Assembly: GCA_000826855.1 (NCBI GenBank)
Contig: JTLS01000015.1
Coordinates: 1 to 54,533 of the forward strand
Direction: 5' to 3'
From: Basidioascus undulatus
Taxonomy: Eukaryota
DNA length: 54,533 nucleotides
In this document: piece by piece, positions 1-12,948 of the stretch
How the letters are laid out: each line of letters begins with the position of its first letter
Position numbering within the stretch: position 1 is the first letter of the stretch
Notes under the pieces: generated by a model
The model's input: the letters and a program-made list of their open reading frames with translations, nothing else
Told to the model about the DNA's origin: nothing
The model's database searches: none
Position numbers and translations under genes: made by a program

Positions 1-2298
1 ACCACCGCCTCCCTTCCTCTTTCATAGCATTCCCATTCCGTCCCTTGTCAGCCCACCCGCCCGCACCTTCACCACACCACCGAAGGCAAGATCCCAGCAG
101 GACGCACGCTTCGCCGTGCCCTCCGCGTCCTGCGCGGCAGCCTTGAGAGTCTCCAACTCCTTCTCCAGGCGCTCCTTCTCCTCCCCGCTCTTCCCTGCGG
201 CGTCCTCCAGCTCCGCAATCCGCTCGGCAGCAGCGACCGCGTCGCCCGCGCGCTCCTTGAGCTGCGCCAGCTCTGCGTCGAGCGCGTCATTGGCGGAGGA
301 CGCCTCGGACGCTTGGGTCTTCAGGGCGTCGATCTCAGATTGGAGGGAGGTTGCGCGCTATTAGACGAAAAATAGAATGGTGGCGTGAGTGGCGGCGTGG
401 GACGGAGGAGACAGGCTCAGACGAACCTCAGCGGCCTCCTTAGCCTCGCCCGCCTTAGCCCGCAGCTCCTTCAGCTCCTTCTCGAGCTCCTCCGTCTTCC
501 CCGCTTGGCCATTCAGCGCCTCCAGCTCCGCCCGCAGCTTATCCGCGTCCACGGCGGATTCCTTGAGGCTCGCAAGCTCCGCCTCGAGCTCGGCGACGCG
601 CTGCTCATCCAAGGTCACAAGAGCGTCAGGCATGACAGGAGGAAAGAAGTTGCGGGAAGTGGGAGAGGAGTAGGGAGACGTACGGCAGAGGAAGAAGCCT
701 CAGCATCCACCGCGGCGGGAGCGGCTGCGTCCCCGTTCGCGGTCGCGGAAGCGGCGGCGGGCGGGTTAGCGCGCAGCTCTGCTAGCTCCGCTTGCGCCTT
801 CTCCAGCTCGGCAGTGAGGGACTTGATCTGTGTACTCGCATATTCTCATCAACTCCTGGCGACCATACTGTGCCATTACCGGCTGTCCTACGCACCTTCT
901 CGCTCTCCGCCGCAGGCACAGCCTTCTTGACGCCCGTCGCGCCAGCAGCCGACGGCGCAGCGCGCACGGCGGGCTTGGTGGCCGCCGTGCCAGCTGCGGT
1001 CCGGGTAGCGGTCGACGTCGCCGTGCTGGGCTTACGGACAGTGGTGTTGGACGCTACGGCGGGCCGGGTCGCAGTGGAAGAAGCGAGGCCGGGCTTCGCA
1101 GCGGCGGAGGTGCTGCGCGCTGCGGGTGCGCCGGCAGAGGTGGTCGACGGGGTAGAGCGGTGGGTGGGGCGGCTCGCAGTCGAGCTTGCGGTGGTGGAAG
1201 ACGCTGCACCGGGGCGAGTAGAGCGCGCAAGGGGCGCCTTCGCAGCGGGGCTGGAGGGGCTCTTCACGCCGCTGGCGGTGGCGGTTGTCGCGCGGGAGGC
1301 GGAGCTGCGGACGCTGGCGGTGCTGGGCGTGGGGCTGGGCGCCTTGCGTGCGGATGCGGTACGAGCGGTAGAGGTCGTGGTGCTCGGCTTGGAGGATACG
1401 CTTGCGGACGAGACGCGCCGTGCCGCAGCGGGGTTGGTGGTGGTGGAGGACGCCGCAGGGGGCTTGGACGACGGCGGGCCGGACAGGGACGCACGGGCCT
1501 TGATGGGCGCGGAAGACGTCGCCGTGCGCGATGGTGTGGATGAGCCGAGAGCGGGCTTGGTCGTGCTGTTTAGAGAAAGGAGGAAATGGAGGTCAGAAGC
1601 GAGTGAGATGAGGCTGTTGGGTTGTCTCGCCGGTGAAGCGAGAAGACGGGGCCTGCCTTCCTCCTCACCACCGCCGTTTCTCCAATGACCCGACATAATA
1701 AACCCAACCCAACTAAAAACAAGCCTTCAAAAATAACAACAATCCCCATCCCAGCCAGGCAGCTCGTCCCATCTCCCGAGCGCTCTCTCCACGCCCGCGC
1801 GCCTCAGAACAAAAGCAAGACACGTGTCTGCGAGCGCACTCACCTCGTCGCTCCCGACCCCCCAAACTTGCTCGCCAGACCCTTCACCACGCCGCCCTTG
1901 CCGGCGGCGGTACCAGCAGCGGCGGAAGGCTTGCGCGCTGCGGCGGGGCCGTCGGACTTGGGGGGCGCGGCAGCGGGCTTGTCCTCCTCTGCCGGCTTCG
2001 GCTCTTCGGCGGGCGCAGGAGAAGCCGCAGCGGGCGCTGCCTCCTCAGCGGGGGCGGCGTCGGCGTCGGCGGGGACGGGAGAGGAAGAGGGTTCAGCAGC
2101 GGTGACGGGCTCGGCGGGGACGTCCTCGTCGGCAGCGGCGCCGTTTTCCGCGGCGCTCTCCTCGGTGTGGCCGTTCTCTTTGTTCGAGTCTGAGAGGATC
2201 TGGTCCGTCTCGAGCGCGGGCTGCTCGGTAGCGGCCTCCTCCGGCTGCTGCTGCGCGGGCGGCGAGGCTGGCAGCTGTTGTTGCTCAACGTCGGCCAT
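1..2298 (-). CDS. Low-complexity/coiled-coil protein, 3' end beyond the window start
   Basis: ATG at 2298 (MADVEQQQLPASPP...). Exons ~2298-1844, 1565-896, 827-684, 600-427 and 357-108 are joined by GT-AG introns. An acidic A/P/E N-terminus precedes a basic S/T/A/P/R/K region and then heptad-rich segments (RVAELEAELASLKE, LEKELKELRAK). No family recognised. Confidence 0.75.
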
Positions 2299-4597
2299 AT
2301 GTCTGTTGTCGTTGTTGTTGATGATGGCGATGTGAGTGATGTGCTGGACGAGCGAGATCAAGGGTCGAGTTAGTTGGTGCACGACAGCTACCCGCGAAGG
2401 CGCGCACGGACAACGCGGACACGCGTATGTCGACCGCGGATCAGGCGCGGGCCGTGCGGGCTGCCCGTCTTTCAACAGCACGCACAGCAGACACGGACAT
2501 GGGAATATTCTGGAGGTAAAACTTCAGCTCTGGAAAGCGTGTCGAAAATGCAGTTGGGTTACAGACGGAGAGCAGCGGTGTGCATGAGTCTGCCAGGCGA
2601 CCAAGTGAGCCGGATGCTGGATGACCGGCATTTGCGTACAATGCTCTGCCGCATGTCCGTCCAAGCTCTAAGAACCCCTCAGTCAAACCGCAACCGAAAG
2701 CAGAAAAGAGAAGCTGAAAAGGTTGATTATCTCCCGAGAGCGCAGAGCGTCCGCAATCCCGTTTCACCGCCAGTCTATGCCAGTGGCATCAAGGCTTCTT
2801 CTACACCCCCTTCAGATTTCATACTCGTCCACAATCACGGTTTTATTTAACTTGGAAGAGAGAATCCCTTCCCACACAACCTGTTCTCCGCCCAACTATG
2901 TGAGAAGGTGAAAGAGTTCATTTCTCACTCAATAGAAAAGATGCCTGCGGCGGCTGCTTCGCGGCGCTGAATTGCGACGCAGTCCGCCTTAAGTTTTCAG
3001 GTCAGCTTGGTCCGGAACGGCAAATTGCATTGCTTGGAAGTATATAAACAAATATACTCAATTATAAGGGATAATTCTCAGAATGACATACAGAAAATGA
3101 AAGGACGAGACTGCACCTCGTAGCCCGCAGACGCTGGGCGAGGCTAGAATCACGCCGACGTGCTCGATTCACAAATTGGCAAGGGTGGGCCTGGAGGGGN
3201 AAGGGGGGGGGGGGTAAATTATTGTATTCAAAACGGTGTCTCATAGGTCCAGGAACATTCCACAAAGAGAGACGACCATGGCGCAATCTATACTCTATGG
3301 ATGGCGCATGGTCACTATACTACCATTTTATGCTGTTTATGCTCATCAGCGACAGACATGCTTGCACAGTAGTTATTCCCAAAATTTGAAACCTCACTGA
3401 AACAAGCATGCAGAAGGTTTTCCGGACCGGCTTTAGCTTCGCCGAGAGAGACTGTGTGTGCGCAGCCCTGCGAGAGATCAACGTGCTCATCAGGTCGGTT
3501 GACATGGCAGCTTGGCTTCTTGTCCATCTCTCACTGAAAGTCTTTTCAGTCCTCATCAAAGATGTGTGTTGAAATGATCTGTCGGACCGGCTGCTCCCAA
3601 CGAGGCTGATGTTCTCAGACAACAGCCTCATGCAGCGCACAGCTGCACGTAAAGGGCGATGAAAAGCTTGCGGTCCTGCTCATATCTGCGGGCTTTCAAG
3701 GGAGCCATCTTGGTTCCTAGAGCAGTATTCTACATCATTCCGGTACTCTTTCAAAAACAGGACCAGTCCCTGCTGGAGGACATGCACCGAGTGGATATGT
3801 CCAGCAGTCACTGTCGTTAGTCGATGAGCTTCCCCACAACCTGTTTGTCCTATCAAGCGGTATCTCTACACAGCTTTAGATCGGTTGGGTAGGATAAAAC
3901 CAACTTCGCTACGAGGAGCACTATTTCTGTCCTGGCAGGCTTCCACTGTACTCAAGAGCCCCTCCTAACAGAAGCGCTAGCGCTGCGCACCGTGGCACTG
4001 TTGAACGTGCTCTGCTGCCAGCTTGTCTCCCCGCGCACATCGTTTTTGGAGCGGGTAGGTAGGTTCCTAAAGTAAGATATCAGTGGAAAAATAATCTTTG
4101 TGCATCGAATGTGTAAGGCATCCAACGGAAGTCTGCGACACAGCGCAGATGAAACTGGTTTCGACAGGCTTCGGTGTCGTGCTTCACATCGCCTGTGAGC
4201 GTCATTTCTCTCCATATACAGGTATTATTGTGTCAAAGTGCCATTCAAACGGCGAATGCAAGTGTCTCAGAGTGCGACGGACTGCAAGAAAGCGAGAATG
4301 AAACTGCGTCTTCGCCAGAGGTCGGGACGCACTTCCGACCCCAACCGATTTCTGTTATTCAGTAATTCACAGCGGCACCCCGCACTGTGCAGCTCACTGT
4401 CTCGTCCCCGCTCGCCTTGCCCCAGCAGCTGCATCAGGCTTCGCGTAACGAACCGCACTCACCGCACTCGACCCACTCTCGCTCGCTTACCCAGTCCCCA
4501 CTCGTTTCCAGCAGCAATACCCCCAGCCCGCGCCATTCCCCTGCGCGTCCTCGCCGTTCCCAGCCCCTTACTTCCCACCGCCTCCTAGCAGTCAGCC

Positions 4598-6397
4598 ATG
4601 GCTCCCGCAGCTCCCGGACAGAAGGGCGTCAACTGGTCCAACATCGCCGTCGGTCAGTCCCTGTCTTCTCCCTTGGTGGGTGCGCGAGTGTGCTGAACCT
4701 CGGAGGATGCGCAGGCGCGATCATGAACCTCGTCCGTTTCTCACAGTCTCTGGAGTCTCAGGTAGTTGCTGAAGAGCGTTGTACGGTCATGCAGTTCGAA
4801 GTCACCACGCTGGGGCAACCGTTTGAGGTTCTCAAGACGCAGATGGCCGCAAACCGGACGCAGACGATGCCCCAGGCGGCCAAGACCGTCTGGTCTCGCG
4901 GTGGTGTGCTGGGCTTCTACCAGGGTCTGATCCCCTGGGTGCGGCTTCCCCCCCTCAGTCCTCCTCCCCACACAAGCCCAGGTCGACTGAACGGTACTTG
5001 TCGATCCGCAACAGGCCTGGATCGAGGCGTCCACCAAGGGCGCTGTTCTCCTCTTCACCGCCGCGGAGATCGAGAAAGTCGGCACTTCCAGCGGGCTCAG
5101 CCCGGCCGTGTCGGGCTTGCTCGGCGGCATGGGCGGCGGTATCGCCCAGGCATACGCGACCATGGTACGCTCCGCACTTCTCCCCTTTGCACCCTGACCC
5201 TCTCGCCCTAGACTAGAAGCTAAGAGGGTGTGGCTGGGTATGACGGAATGCTTCGGTGGTGGTAGGGGTTCTGCACTTGCATGAAGACTGCCGAGATTAC
5301 GCGGCATAAGGAGGCGGCCGCGGGCATCAAGCCCCCGTCGACGTTCAAGGTGTTTATGGACATCTACCACCGTGAGGGCATTGCTGGTATCAACAAGGTG
5401 AGTGTTCCGAACTCTTCAGCTTCCCCTTCTGCTCGTTCCTGGCGTATTCCTTTCTTCCCCTTACTCGCCTTTCCCCGCCCCTTTCCCTACCCTTCCTCCC
5501 TCTCCCGCCCAATTACTTCCCGTCCACCCACCCACTCACCTCTTCCCTGTTCCTTTACAGGGTGTCAACGCCGTCGCAATCCGGCAATGCACGAACTGGG
5601 GCTCGCGCATGGGGTTCGCGCGCCTCGCCGAGCAGGGCATCCGCTCCTTCCGCGGCAAGTCCGAGTCGGACAAGCTCGGCGCACTTGACAAGATCGCCGC
5701 GTCCACCGTCGGCGGCGCGCTTGCGACGTGGAACCAGCCCATCGAGGTCGTCCGTGTTGAGGTAAGTGCTTTCGGTCGCCGACTGGGTTCGGCTGGCACT
5801 GGGCGCCTGCACCGCGCCTTCTTGCGCTCGCTTTTACACAGCATGCTCGAATGTCCATTGCACATGCTGACTCCTTCCCCTTATCCTTTCTCTTCTCGCC
5901 CACAGATGCAGTCCATGGCGAAGAAGGCGGACGGGGTCAAGCCAAAGGGCGTCATCGGCACGCTTGGCATGATCTACAACGAGAACGGCATCAAGGGCCT
6001 CTACCGCGGTGTCACCCCGCGTATCGCCCTCGGCGTGTGGCAGTGCGTCCTCTTCTCATTCCCTCCTCTTCCGGCTCGAAGACTGACCTGAGACTTGCAA
6101 TGTGCGCTTGAACAGGACGTAAGTCCCTATTTCGTTGGGTTACGGAGTAGGTTTATACAGCAAGGGTACTGAAGTGGTTGATCCGTGCGCCAACTCAGTG
6201 TCTGCATGGTTTCCGTACGTCTCCTTCTCTTCCTACGCCTGCCTGCTCCCGTTTCTCTCACTAACCTGGTCTGACGTATCGCAGTTCGCCGACTATGTCC
6301 GGGACTACGTGCGTCCTCCACCGCCCTCGCTCCCTCAGCCCTTTCAGCTGACGTGACTCGACTCAACCCTCTGCAGGTCAAGGCTCGCTCTGGCTAA
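4598..6397 (+). CDS. YHM2: Mitochondrial carrier, citrate/oxoglutarate carrier Yhm2
   Basis: Spliced product [45 protein letters not shown]...GFYQGLIPW...[14 protein letters not shown]...[15 protein letters not shown]...[14 protein letters not shown]...[36 protein letters not shown]. Contains carrier PX[DE]XX[KR] motifs and sequences I recognise as Yhm2-typical. Confidence 0.93.
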
Positions 6398-7715
6398 GCG
6401 CTGCCAGCACGAGCAGGAGAGGGAGATAGACGCGGGCTGAGGCTTCGAGGTTTGGGAGGGAAGCGTTGGAGTGGGGTGGGACAGTCATACAGCTCGTCGG
6501 GCGTATAGGAGAGTGGGAGGACCGGTAAGGAGGGACGAAATAAAAGGCCCACCTTGAGAGCTCAGGAAGAGGGAAGGGAGACGTACATTGGGTGGTTCTC
6601 TTTTTCGTTCACGCTTGCACAGTCCTTTCGTTCGTTTTTGAAGCTTTGTTAGGTTGCGGAGTGGGGCCGTGCGCGAGGATGAGGTTGCGTTCGGCTGGTG
6701 GTCAAGCTGCAACTCGCACTGCACTGTCACCTGCAGATTCTTCGCGGTCTGGACTGCTGGTGACACGGCCATCATCGCTCCAACGTGGCTCTGCTCAACT
6801 CTGCAGGTGGTTCGCGCCTTGAAGCACCGACTGTGGGCAGTTGTGTAGCAATGGAAGTCTGCTGCCGTCCGCACGTAGCTATCGCCTGAAGACTGGTGCC
6901 CGGCTCGCTCATGCATGCCCGGCTTGCTAGCTCGTATGCACTTATTGTAGATCACTGACAAACCCGCTGTAGATGTGCGCAAAATAGTAAGTCCGATCAA
7001 AAGTACCGGCTGAATAGCGGGTAGTAAGCGCAGTCAAATCTGGTTGGACTGCCCTGCGTTCGCAGGCCCATGGGCAGCCCATGGGCACTGCGCTGGCATT
7101 TATATTCATAGAGGCCTTTTGAGTAAACTCCAGGCTGAAGGCAAATTCCGTAGCGGAGTTATGGACTGGTCATCGTCAGTGCGGCTGCGCCCGGCCTCCC
7201 TTCCTAACTTCTTACTCGTCGTGATCCTCGACGAGTTCGACGCGAGTCTTCCTCGCACGCGGCTCGGGCCACCAACACTCTCTGAACCGCGTACCATGCC
7301 CCCCCGCCGCCGTATAGCCGGGACAGTTTCGACCCTTTACGGCTCAGCTCGTATACCCACGCGCAGCTTGCGTGAGCGATAGCGGAACATGAGGGCTCCA
7401 ACAATACTTCAGTTCGTGTTGTCTACTCATTCATCTGCTCAACCTCGTACCTCCCTCCCTCTTTGGCGAGCAGCTCGGGAAGCAAAACAACAACCACCTC
7501 GGAAGCATCGCAGAATCAGCCACTATCAAGGTGACGTCAGAACACTTGCCTCCGAGATCAACAAGCCTGGTGGAGGACACGATCTCGCCAGCAAACGCCC
7601 TGCCGTGCGACGCGTTGCCGCACGGCACATCTCCAGAAATAAATCTCAGTCATCGACGACCACACATCTTCATCCCTAACTCCCACCACCACTCTCACAT
7701 ACAGAACGATCAGCC

Positions 7716-10121
7716 ATGTCTCCTACGATCTCCCACCGCGAGCTTGGCAAGGGCGGTCCTCAGGGTGCGTTTCTCATACACCCTTCACCTCCAATGGTCT
7801 GGCTGAGTTCTTCAAATGAACACACATAGTTCCCGCCCTTGGTTTCGGAGCGATGGTGAGTAGCACAGCGCTTTCCTCCTCTTTTTCCGGGATCGGCGTG
7901 GATGGGGCAGGGGACGTCCCGGAAAGCAGCCTTCTGGACTTCCTCGACCTTCTTCCCTCAGAATCGGGAGTTCAGGCGATCACATACTACTATATTGTGC
8001 TGACGAAATATCTCGTGACTGCAGGGAATGTCCGCCTTCTATGCTGGGCAGGTTTCCGACGACGAGAACAGGAAGGTCCTTAAGAAGGCATGTCCCATGT
8101 ACCTTCCCCAACGGATCAGCGATCCTGACCCGCCTTCAATCATCCTAGGCCGTCGAATTGGGTTCCACCTTCATTGATACGGCCGACGTGCGTTAATCCC
8201 CATACGGAGGTCAGCGGCTTGCTACTAACGTGCGCACGCGACCTAGATCTATGGCCCTCCGATGGTACGTCTTCCTTACCGACCGCACGTCCTTGACCGT
8301 TATCGCTCATGAGCTTTCGTTCGGATACAGGGCAAGAACGAGCGCCTGCTCGGAACGCTCCTGAAGGACCCCTCGTACCGGTCGAAGGTCTTTATCTGCA
8401 CGAAGTTCGGTAATCACCTTGGTGCGGACGGCACGTGAGTTATCGTCCCACTGCCTAACGATTTCCGCGTTTTCTATTTACACATTTCGTGTTAGCATGT
8501 CAATCAAGGGCGACCGTGCCTACGTTCGTCAGCAAGCTGAGGAGAGCCTGAAGAACCTCCAAGTCGAGTACGTGTCCGCTATCTCCGAATCTTTCATTCC
8601 AAGGCTCGCTGATCTTCTCCCTTCAACAGCTCTATCGACCTGTACTACCAGCGTAGGGCTCGCTCAACTTTTTTTTAAGGTGGAAACGTGCTGATGGACT
8701 TGATCTCTAGACCGTGTTGACCGCTCCGTTCCGATCGAGGGTCCGTTCTTTCGTCCCACCCTGTCACCCTTCCAGCAATGCTGACAGGATCCTTTCCCTC
8801 CCCACATCCAGAGACCTGGGAGGAGCTTGCTTCTCTTCAGCGCGAGGGCAAGGTCAAGCATCTCGGTATTTCCGAGGCTACATCCGACGAGATTCGTCGT
8901 GCGCACAAGGTCGCGAAGATCTCGGCTCTGCAAATCGTGCGTTTGATGCTCAATGTAAGTGCCAAAGCTATTGTCAGCTCATTGCCGTCTTATCGCAGGA
9001 ATTCTCGCCTTGGACTCCTGGTCGGTACAGTTTGAGCTCGGACCTACACAAATGTGAAGCTGAACCCTCACGGATCAGACATCCGCGAGAACGGGATTCT
9101 CGACACTTGCAGGGAACTCGGAATTGCGATTGTCGCCTACAGCCCTTTGTACGTACCGACCATGGCATGTCTAATGTTTACCCACTAACGCACTTTTCTG
9201 CAGGGGTCGTGGTGAGTCTTGACGAGGAACAGAATAGGCATAATGGACAATGGACTGACGGGCGTATCGCTAGGCTTCCTGACCGGTGCTTACAAGGTAT
9301 GCTGTTCTGGCGTATAGGCTGCTTTGTAGAAGACATTGACCAACTGTGTGCATCCAGAGCATCGATGACTTCGAGAAGGATGACTACCGGCGCTACAATC
9401 CTCGCTTCATGGGTGACGCATTCAAGGAGGCGCGTCTCATCGAGCCTTGTCCCTCCTCAGCAGAATCGAGTGCTGGCGAACCGCTAGTGCGTCAGTTGTC
9501 GGCTGACATCCCTTCTTCACTCCAACAGAACCTCAAGCTGGTTGACGAGCTCAAGGCGGTATGCAGGTTTCTCGCGCTTTCGCACTAGCCCTTCCAGATT
9601 GACCCCATCCGCCCGCAGATTGCCGAGAAGAAGGGCATCACCGCAGGCCAGCTTTGCCTTTCCTGGGTTCTTGCTCAAGGCGATGACTTCATCACGGTGA
9701 GTAGTTTGCAGGCAACTTCAAACTCTCGCGGGACGCCTGATGTCTGACCGCCGGCCCATGTAGATCCCCGGCACCAAGAAGGAGAAATAGTACGTGGAGA
9801 GGCAAGGCATTGAGCGGAAGCGGCCTCGCAGGAAACTCACATGGCTGCATCTCCGTGTCTATGCAGCTTGATTGAGAACGTTGCGTCGGTCGACGTTAAA
9901 CTGAGTGCGTAGGAGCGTCCCGCTACACGATCCCCATTACTGACAGCCGTTTGAGCAGCTCGCGAAGACCTCAAGGAAATCGATGCCGTCATCGGTAAGA
10001 TTAAGGCCGTGGGCGACCGGTAAGCCACGCTTGTATGGTTGGAAGCTTCGACAAAGCTTCAGCTGACACATGGTGGACGAACAGCTACGCCGGGACTATG
10101 CAGTCTCACACTGCCTTCTAA
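7716..10121 (+). CDS. Aldo-keto reductase (AKR13/YakC-like), ~21 exons
   Basis: Spliced motifs: LGFGAMGMS, FIDTADIYG (catalytic Asp/Tyr), FICTKFG (Lys), IDLYYQHRVD (His), GKVKHLGISE, VAYSPLGRGFLTG, IPGTKK. About 20 introns counted, two with GC donors. Confidence 0.93.
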
Positions 10122-10503
10122 TTGCATACCTCGCATACTAAGCATCCGTGCGGCTGCGCGATATCGAATGAATTAACTGCAGTGGATCTGGCTCAAATGG
10201 ATGAATGACCGTTGCTTTTGGACTCCTTGATTGCAAACTACGCAAGCTCACGCGATGACGAAGTTTGCAACGCGCAGCAATGCAAATAGTGTAAGCAAGG
10301 GGAGCTTGGGTAACGAAAAGACAAGGACTCTGTCCAGAATTGAACGTTGTCAGAAGCACCTTAAATGATGTGAAGGAATATGCGCGTCGGACCAGCGATG
10401 CTGATACATGGAGAATTAAAAGTTTTGGAAGAATAGTGGGGAGAAGATGACACAAGGTATCCAAAGCTGGACGACGACCACCAGAGTGAAAGGAACGGCT
10501 TCT

Positions 10504-12948
10504 TTAAGACGACCAGCCGCCGTTGAAGTACTGGTTGCCCAGGTCCGAGCGGCCGGAAGCGCAGCTGTCCAGATTGAAGTGAGCTATCGTTCACCTAGCA
10601 AAGGGTAGAGGGCGTTGTGAGCTCACTCTTGGTTCAGGCACAGGCCGTTGTCGGACTCGACAGCACCGTAGCCGTTGCTCTTGGCTGTAAGGAGAAGGGA
10701 CATGGTCAGCATAGTCAGCCTGGTGGGTTATCTGCCCACCAATACACAGGACATACTTAGGTCCATAGCTGTGTACGATGCGGAGAAGCAGCTTGTCAAC
10801 ACGAAGTGCGAAGAGTAAATGGTGTCCTCATCGTTGAACACGTACCGCCGTACCACGAGATCTGGATGTGTTCGAGGAAGTCAGACTCGTATAGTTAATC
10901 CAAGACATAGGACATGAAACGTACGCGCTCGAGCCAGTCATTCTGGCTGGCGAACGCCGCAACCTGTTGGCACGGCGAGCAGGTCATTGTTGCTCGACAG
11001 AGGAACAGCCGCTGCTGTGTGGCACGTACCTCGTTCAGGAAGTTCGGCACGGACGCGCAGTTCTGGGAATTAACAAAGTCCGTGCAGGCGACTGGAATAT
11101 AGACAAGTTAGCAATGTATCAAAACATCCATGATACAGGGTTATTAGGTAAACCCACTCTCGGTCACCCAGATGGGCTTGCCGAAGGCCTCGTGGAAGCC
11201 TGATTCAAACTTCAGCATCCGGTCCAATTTCAGATCACGAAAGCTCTACTATACCCTTCGTATAGTTCTTGAAGTCCTCAATGTTGATACCTGGGGGTCC
11301 TCGATGGTAAGGATGGGAACATGCGAAGGCCGGACGGAATACCGCATCCCCACGCACCGTACCAGTCTGGATGGAGCCATTTTTGAGTTTCACCTCCTTC
11401 TGCACCTATTAGACAATCTCAGCACTCACGGATGGCGATCACGTCCGGGTCAGCTCCCCCTGACAGGAAATCACCAACCCAACCTGCTCCCTGGCCCCGG
11501 GTCAGCCAGGTGCCCACGGATGATCCAAACGAAGGAAATACTGGCCCCAGGACATGCCGGCCGATGTACAAGCCGGAGAGACTTTAAAAAATGTAGAAAT
11601 AGCACAGGAATCGTCAGCGAAACCGAGGAGCACCCCAGCATCCTGCCCGCACTCACCGAGCGTATACTGCCCCTTGAACTTGCCAAGCGTCTCCTTCCAG
11701 TGACCAGCACCGTCGAACCCGCTGGGAATCTAAAGAGGTAGGGAGGGGTCAGCTTAAGAGGATGTACAGGTCCCCCAAAAGACGTGCGTTGGACTGTCCA
11801 GCTTGGTCGGGCTCGTTGAAGCCCATCAGATGGGTCTGCAGGAAGTGAAGGAGTCACCAACGGTATGAGAATATTTAAGGGTAACGTACGACACCCTGGT
11901 TGCCCCAGTAGGTGCTCTGATTCCAGAACTGGGCAACACGCTCGTCGTCCATGCCCCAGAGCTCTGCCCAGACCTAGTTAGACCTGCTCGTTCCCAGCGA
12001 GATGCGCCGACATACGGGGGACATAGTTGAAAGTGCTCGGGGCAGGGGTAATCCAGTCGTAATCCCCGTAATAGGTAGGGTCGTCCTGCCTTATGTCTTG
12101 TCAGTCAAGCTGTCGGAATTCAGAAGCGAAGGAAAGCTCACAGCGATGCTGCGCCCTGCCCGAGCAACATCGTCGTTAGCCTTCTGTGCTCGGTGACGAA
12201 CGTTACGCACTGGCACTCACAGTTGTAATACTGAATTATGTCGCCGCCGGGATGTTACTGTTAGTTAAGTATTAAAGAACTGACAAGAAGGCAACATACC
12301 CAGCTGATCTGGCCGTCTGAACATCCCAACCACAGTCAGTTTCATCCCCCCAGTCCCACTCCGTTGACTACGTACTGGTCCAGTGGTTCTGGAGAACGCC
12401 GTTGTAGGGACCGTCGGCGTCTATATGATAGACAATAACACCATCCTATTAACGAATGCCCACGAGGTATTATGGCACGGTAGACGAACAGGCACTATAA
12501 ATAGCGTGTCAGGAAACTGTGGTATCCGGACGCAATGTCAAAAAGGAAACGTCACGCACAGTCCCCACTTGGTGCTGACGCCGTTGGAGCTGGTCGAGCT
12601 GGATGCAGCGGAGGCGCTCGAAGAGGTCGTAGTCGGAGCAGCAGAAGTGCTGGATGACCCATCGGCAGCGGAGGTGGTGGTCGCTGCCTCGGTAGCGGAC
12701 GTGTCCCGCTGCTTGCACGCGCGCTTGTTCTTGTAGCCGATCTTGCTGTCGCGCTTTAGGCGCCGCCCACGCCCAGCGTGCTTGTGGTGGGCCTGGCGAC
12801 GAGCCATACGCTGGCCGGGCGCCTGGAAGTCAGGCGAGATGCGGGAGGCACCCGAGTTCGGGTTGGCGAGCGCCTGGGTGCCTGAAGAAGGCGACGAGAA
12901 GAGCGCGACCGCGCCCGCCGAGGCGAGTAGGAAGAGGGCGAAACGCAT
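10504..12948 (-). CDS. Secreted glycoside hydrolase family 128 (Asl1-like beta-1,3-glucanase)
   Basis: Signal peptide MRFALFLLASAGAVALF, basic propeptide, Ser/Thr linker, then KWGLAY...SWYYNW...YVPQLWG...LMGFNEPD (acid/base Glu)...IAIHWYG...GKPIWVTE (nucleophile Glu), ending GNQYFNGGWSS*. One junction near 11460-11520 is uncertain. Confidence 0.88.

Noticed and set aside
792..1688. Long antisense ORFs (also 23219-24232, 39940-41286 and others)
   Set aside because: They lie opposite real GC-rich exons, where stops are scarce, and show no recognisable motifs.
3193..3214. G-run containing an N as a G-quadruplex or regulatory element
   Set aside because: The ambiguous base in a homopolymer suggests a sequencing or assembly artefact.
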